Source: Eledone cirrhosa
Taxonomy: Eukaryota
Assembly: GCA_964016885.1 (NCBI GenBank)
Contig: OZ024746.1
Span: 1,798,001-1,862,000, forward strand
Length of the DNA: 64,000 nucleotides
Direction of reading: 5' to 3'
How positions within the stretch are numbered: the stretch's first letter is position 1; every line of letters begins with the position of its first letter. This document shows, piece by piece, positions 63,097 to 64,000 of this stretch. The notes under the pieces are model-generated. The model saw only the letters and a list, made by a program, of their open reading frames with translations, searched no databases and was not told where the DNA came from. A program made the translations under genes and the position numbers.

Positions 63097-63283
63097 GGTG
63101 GATTGGCAGTATTGGTAGAGGGTCAGACGCCATGCTTTGACGCATAGAGTTACGGCCCTTGCCATTCTGAGTTCAAATCCCGCCGAGGTTAACTTTGCCT
63201 TTCATCCTTACGGGGTCGATAAAATAAAGTACCAGTAATACACTGGTTAATTTGCTGGCCTTGTGCCTAAAGTAGAAACAATT
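63097..63283 (+). mobile_element. Deu/Nin-domain SINE
   Basis: Full-length family match. Confidence 0.88.
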
Positions 63284-63340
63284 ATATATTGCAAATTGAA
63301 GAAATATGAAAACAAAATAATATAACTATAAGTAAAATTT

Positions 63341-63546
63341 ATGGTGATGGTGATGGTGGTGGTGGTGGTGATGATGGTGGTGGTGGTTATGATGGTGGTG
63401 GTGGTGGTGATGGTGGTGGTGGTGGTAATGATGGTGGTGGTGGTGATGATGGTGGTGGTGGTTATGGTGGTGGTGGTGGTGGTGGTGATGGTGGTGGTGG
63501 TGGTAATGATGGTGGTGGTGGTGATGGTGGTGATGATGGTGGTTAT
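63341..63546. repeat. (GGT/GAT)n microsatellite
   Basis: Direct repeat running into the gap. Confidence 0.95.
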
Positions 63547-63746
63547 NNNNNNNNNNNNNNNNNNNNNNNNNNNNNNNNNNNNNNNNNNNNNNNNNNNNNN
63601 NNNNNNNNNNNNNNNNNNNNNNNNNNNNNNNNNNNNNNNNNNNNNNNNNNNNNNNNNNNNNNNNNNNNNNNNNNNNNNNNNNNNNNNNNNNNNNNNNNNN
63701 NNNNNNNNNNNNNNNNNNNNNNNNNNNNNNNNNNNNNNNNNNNNNN
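63547..63746. other. Assembly gap (200 N)
   Basis: Run of N. Confidence 1.
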
Positions 63747-64000
63747 AATGATACAGTGACAACATGCAGTAATAAATAAGACAAATACAACAATAACAAC
63801 AATATATCCCAAACAACATGCTGCTGATGTGACTAGTTCACTACTTTCTTAGGCTTAAGGCTGTTTTGTCACTTGTTATTTATATAGAGATAAGACGATT
63901 TAGTCCGTGCAGAAGGATTATCAACTGTAAAGAAGTGAAAGAAGTAAACCCTGGTTGGAACTGTACTGAAATATGAAAAGTAATAAAACATATATATATT

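Noticed and set aside
63247-63819. ORFs spanning the X run
   Set aside because: Artefacts of the N gap plus the triplet repeat.

Overview
AT-rich, microsatellite-dense eukaryotic DNA. The SINE/LINE repertoire (tRNA-derived CORE-type and Deu/Nin-type SINEs, RTE tails ending in (ATG)n, long (TA)n tracts) suggests a mollusc, probably an octopod cephalopod; this is inference. Only one host coding exon is well supported: a minus-strand exon at 3380-3892 encoding the N-terminus of a JmjC-family (JMJD8/JMJD6-like) protein. The rest is mostly intronic or intergenic repeats: a 5'-truncated RTE LINE with a PHD-like finger, a decayed Gypsy LTR element, L1/Tx1, CRE and R4/Dong-type remnants, a Helitron with intact termini, MITEs, many SINEs and many minisatellites. 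Nearly all long ORFs in the track are microsatellite artefacts. The most unusual signal is a cluster at about 51-59.4 kb of short non-coding elements embedded in (TA)n tracts. They carry type I hammerhead ribozyme motifs (at least three sequence families, five intact-looking copies, several decayed) and are mostly arranged as inverted or fold-back pairs. One copy begins at the predicted self-cleavage site. This resembles non-autonomous Penelope-like (pLTR/retrozyme-type) retroelements. All structures were paired by eye; no computation was run.
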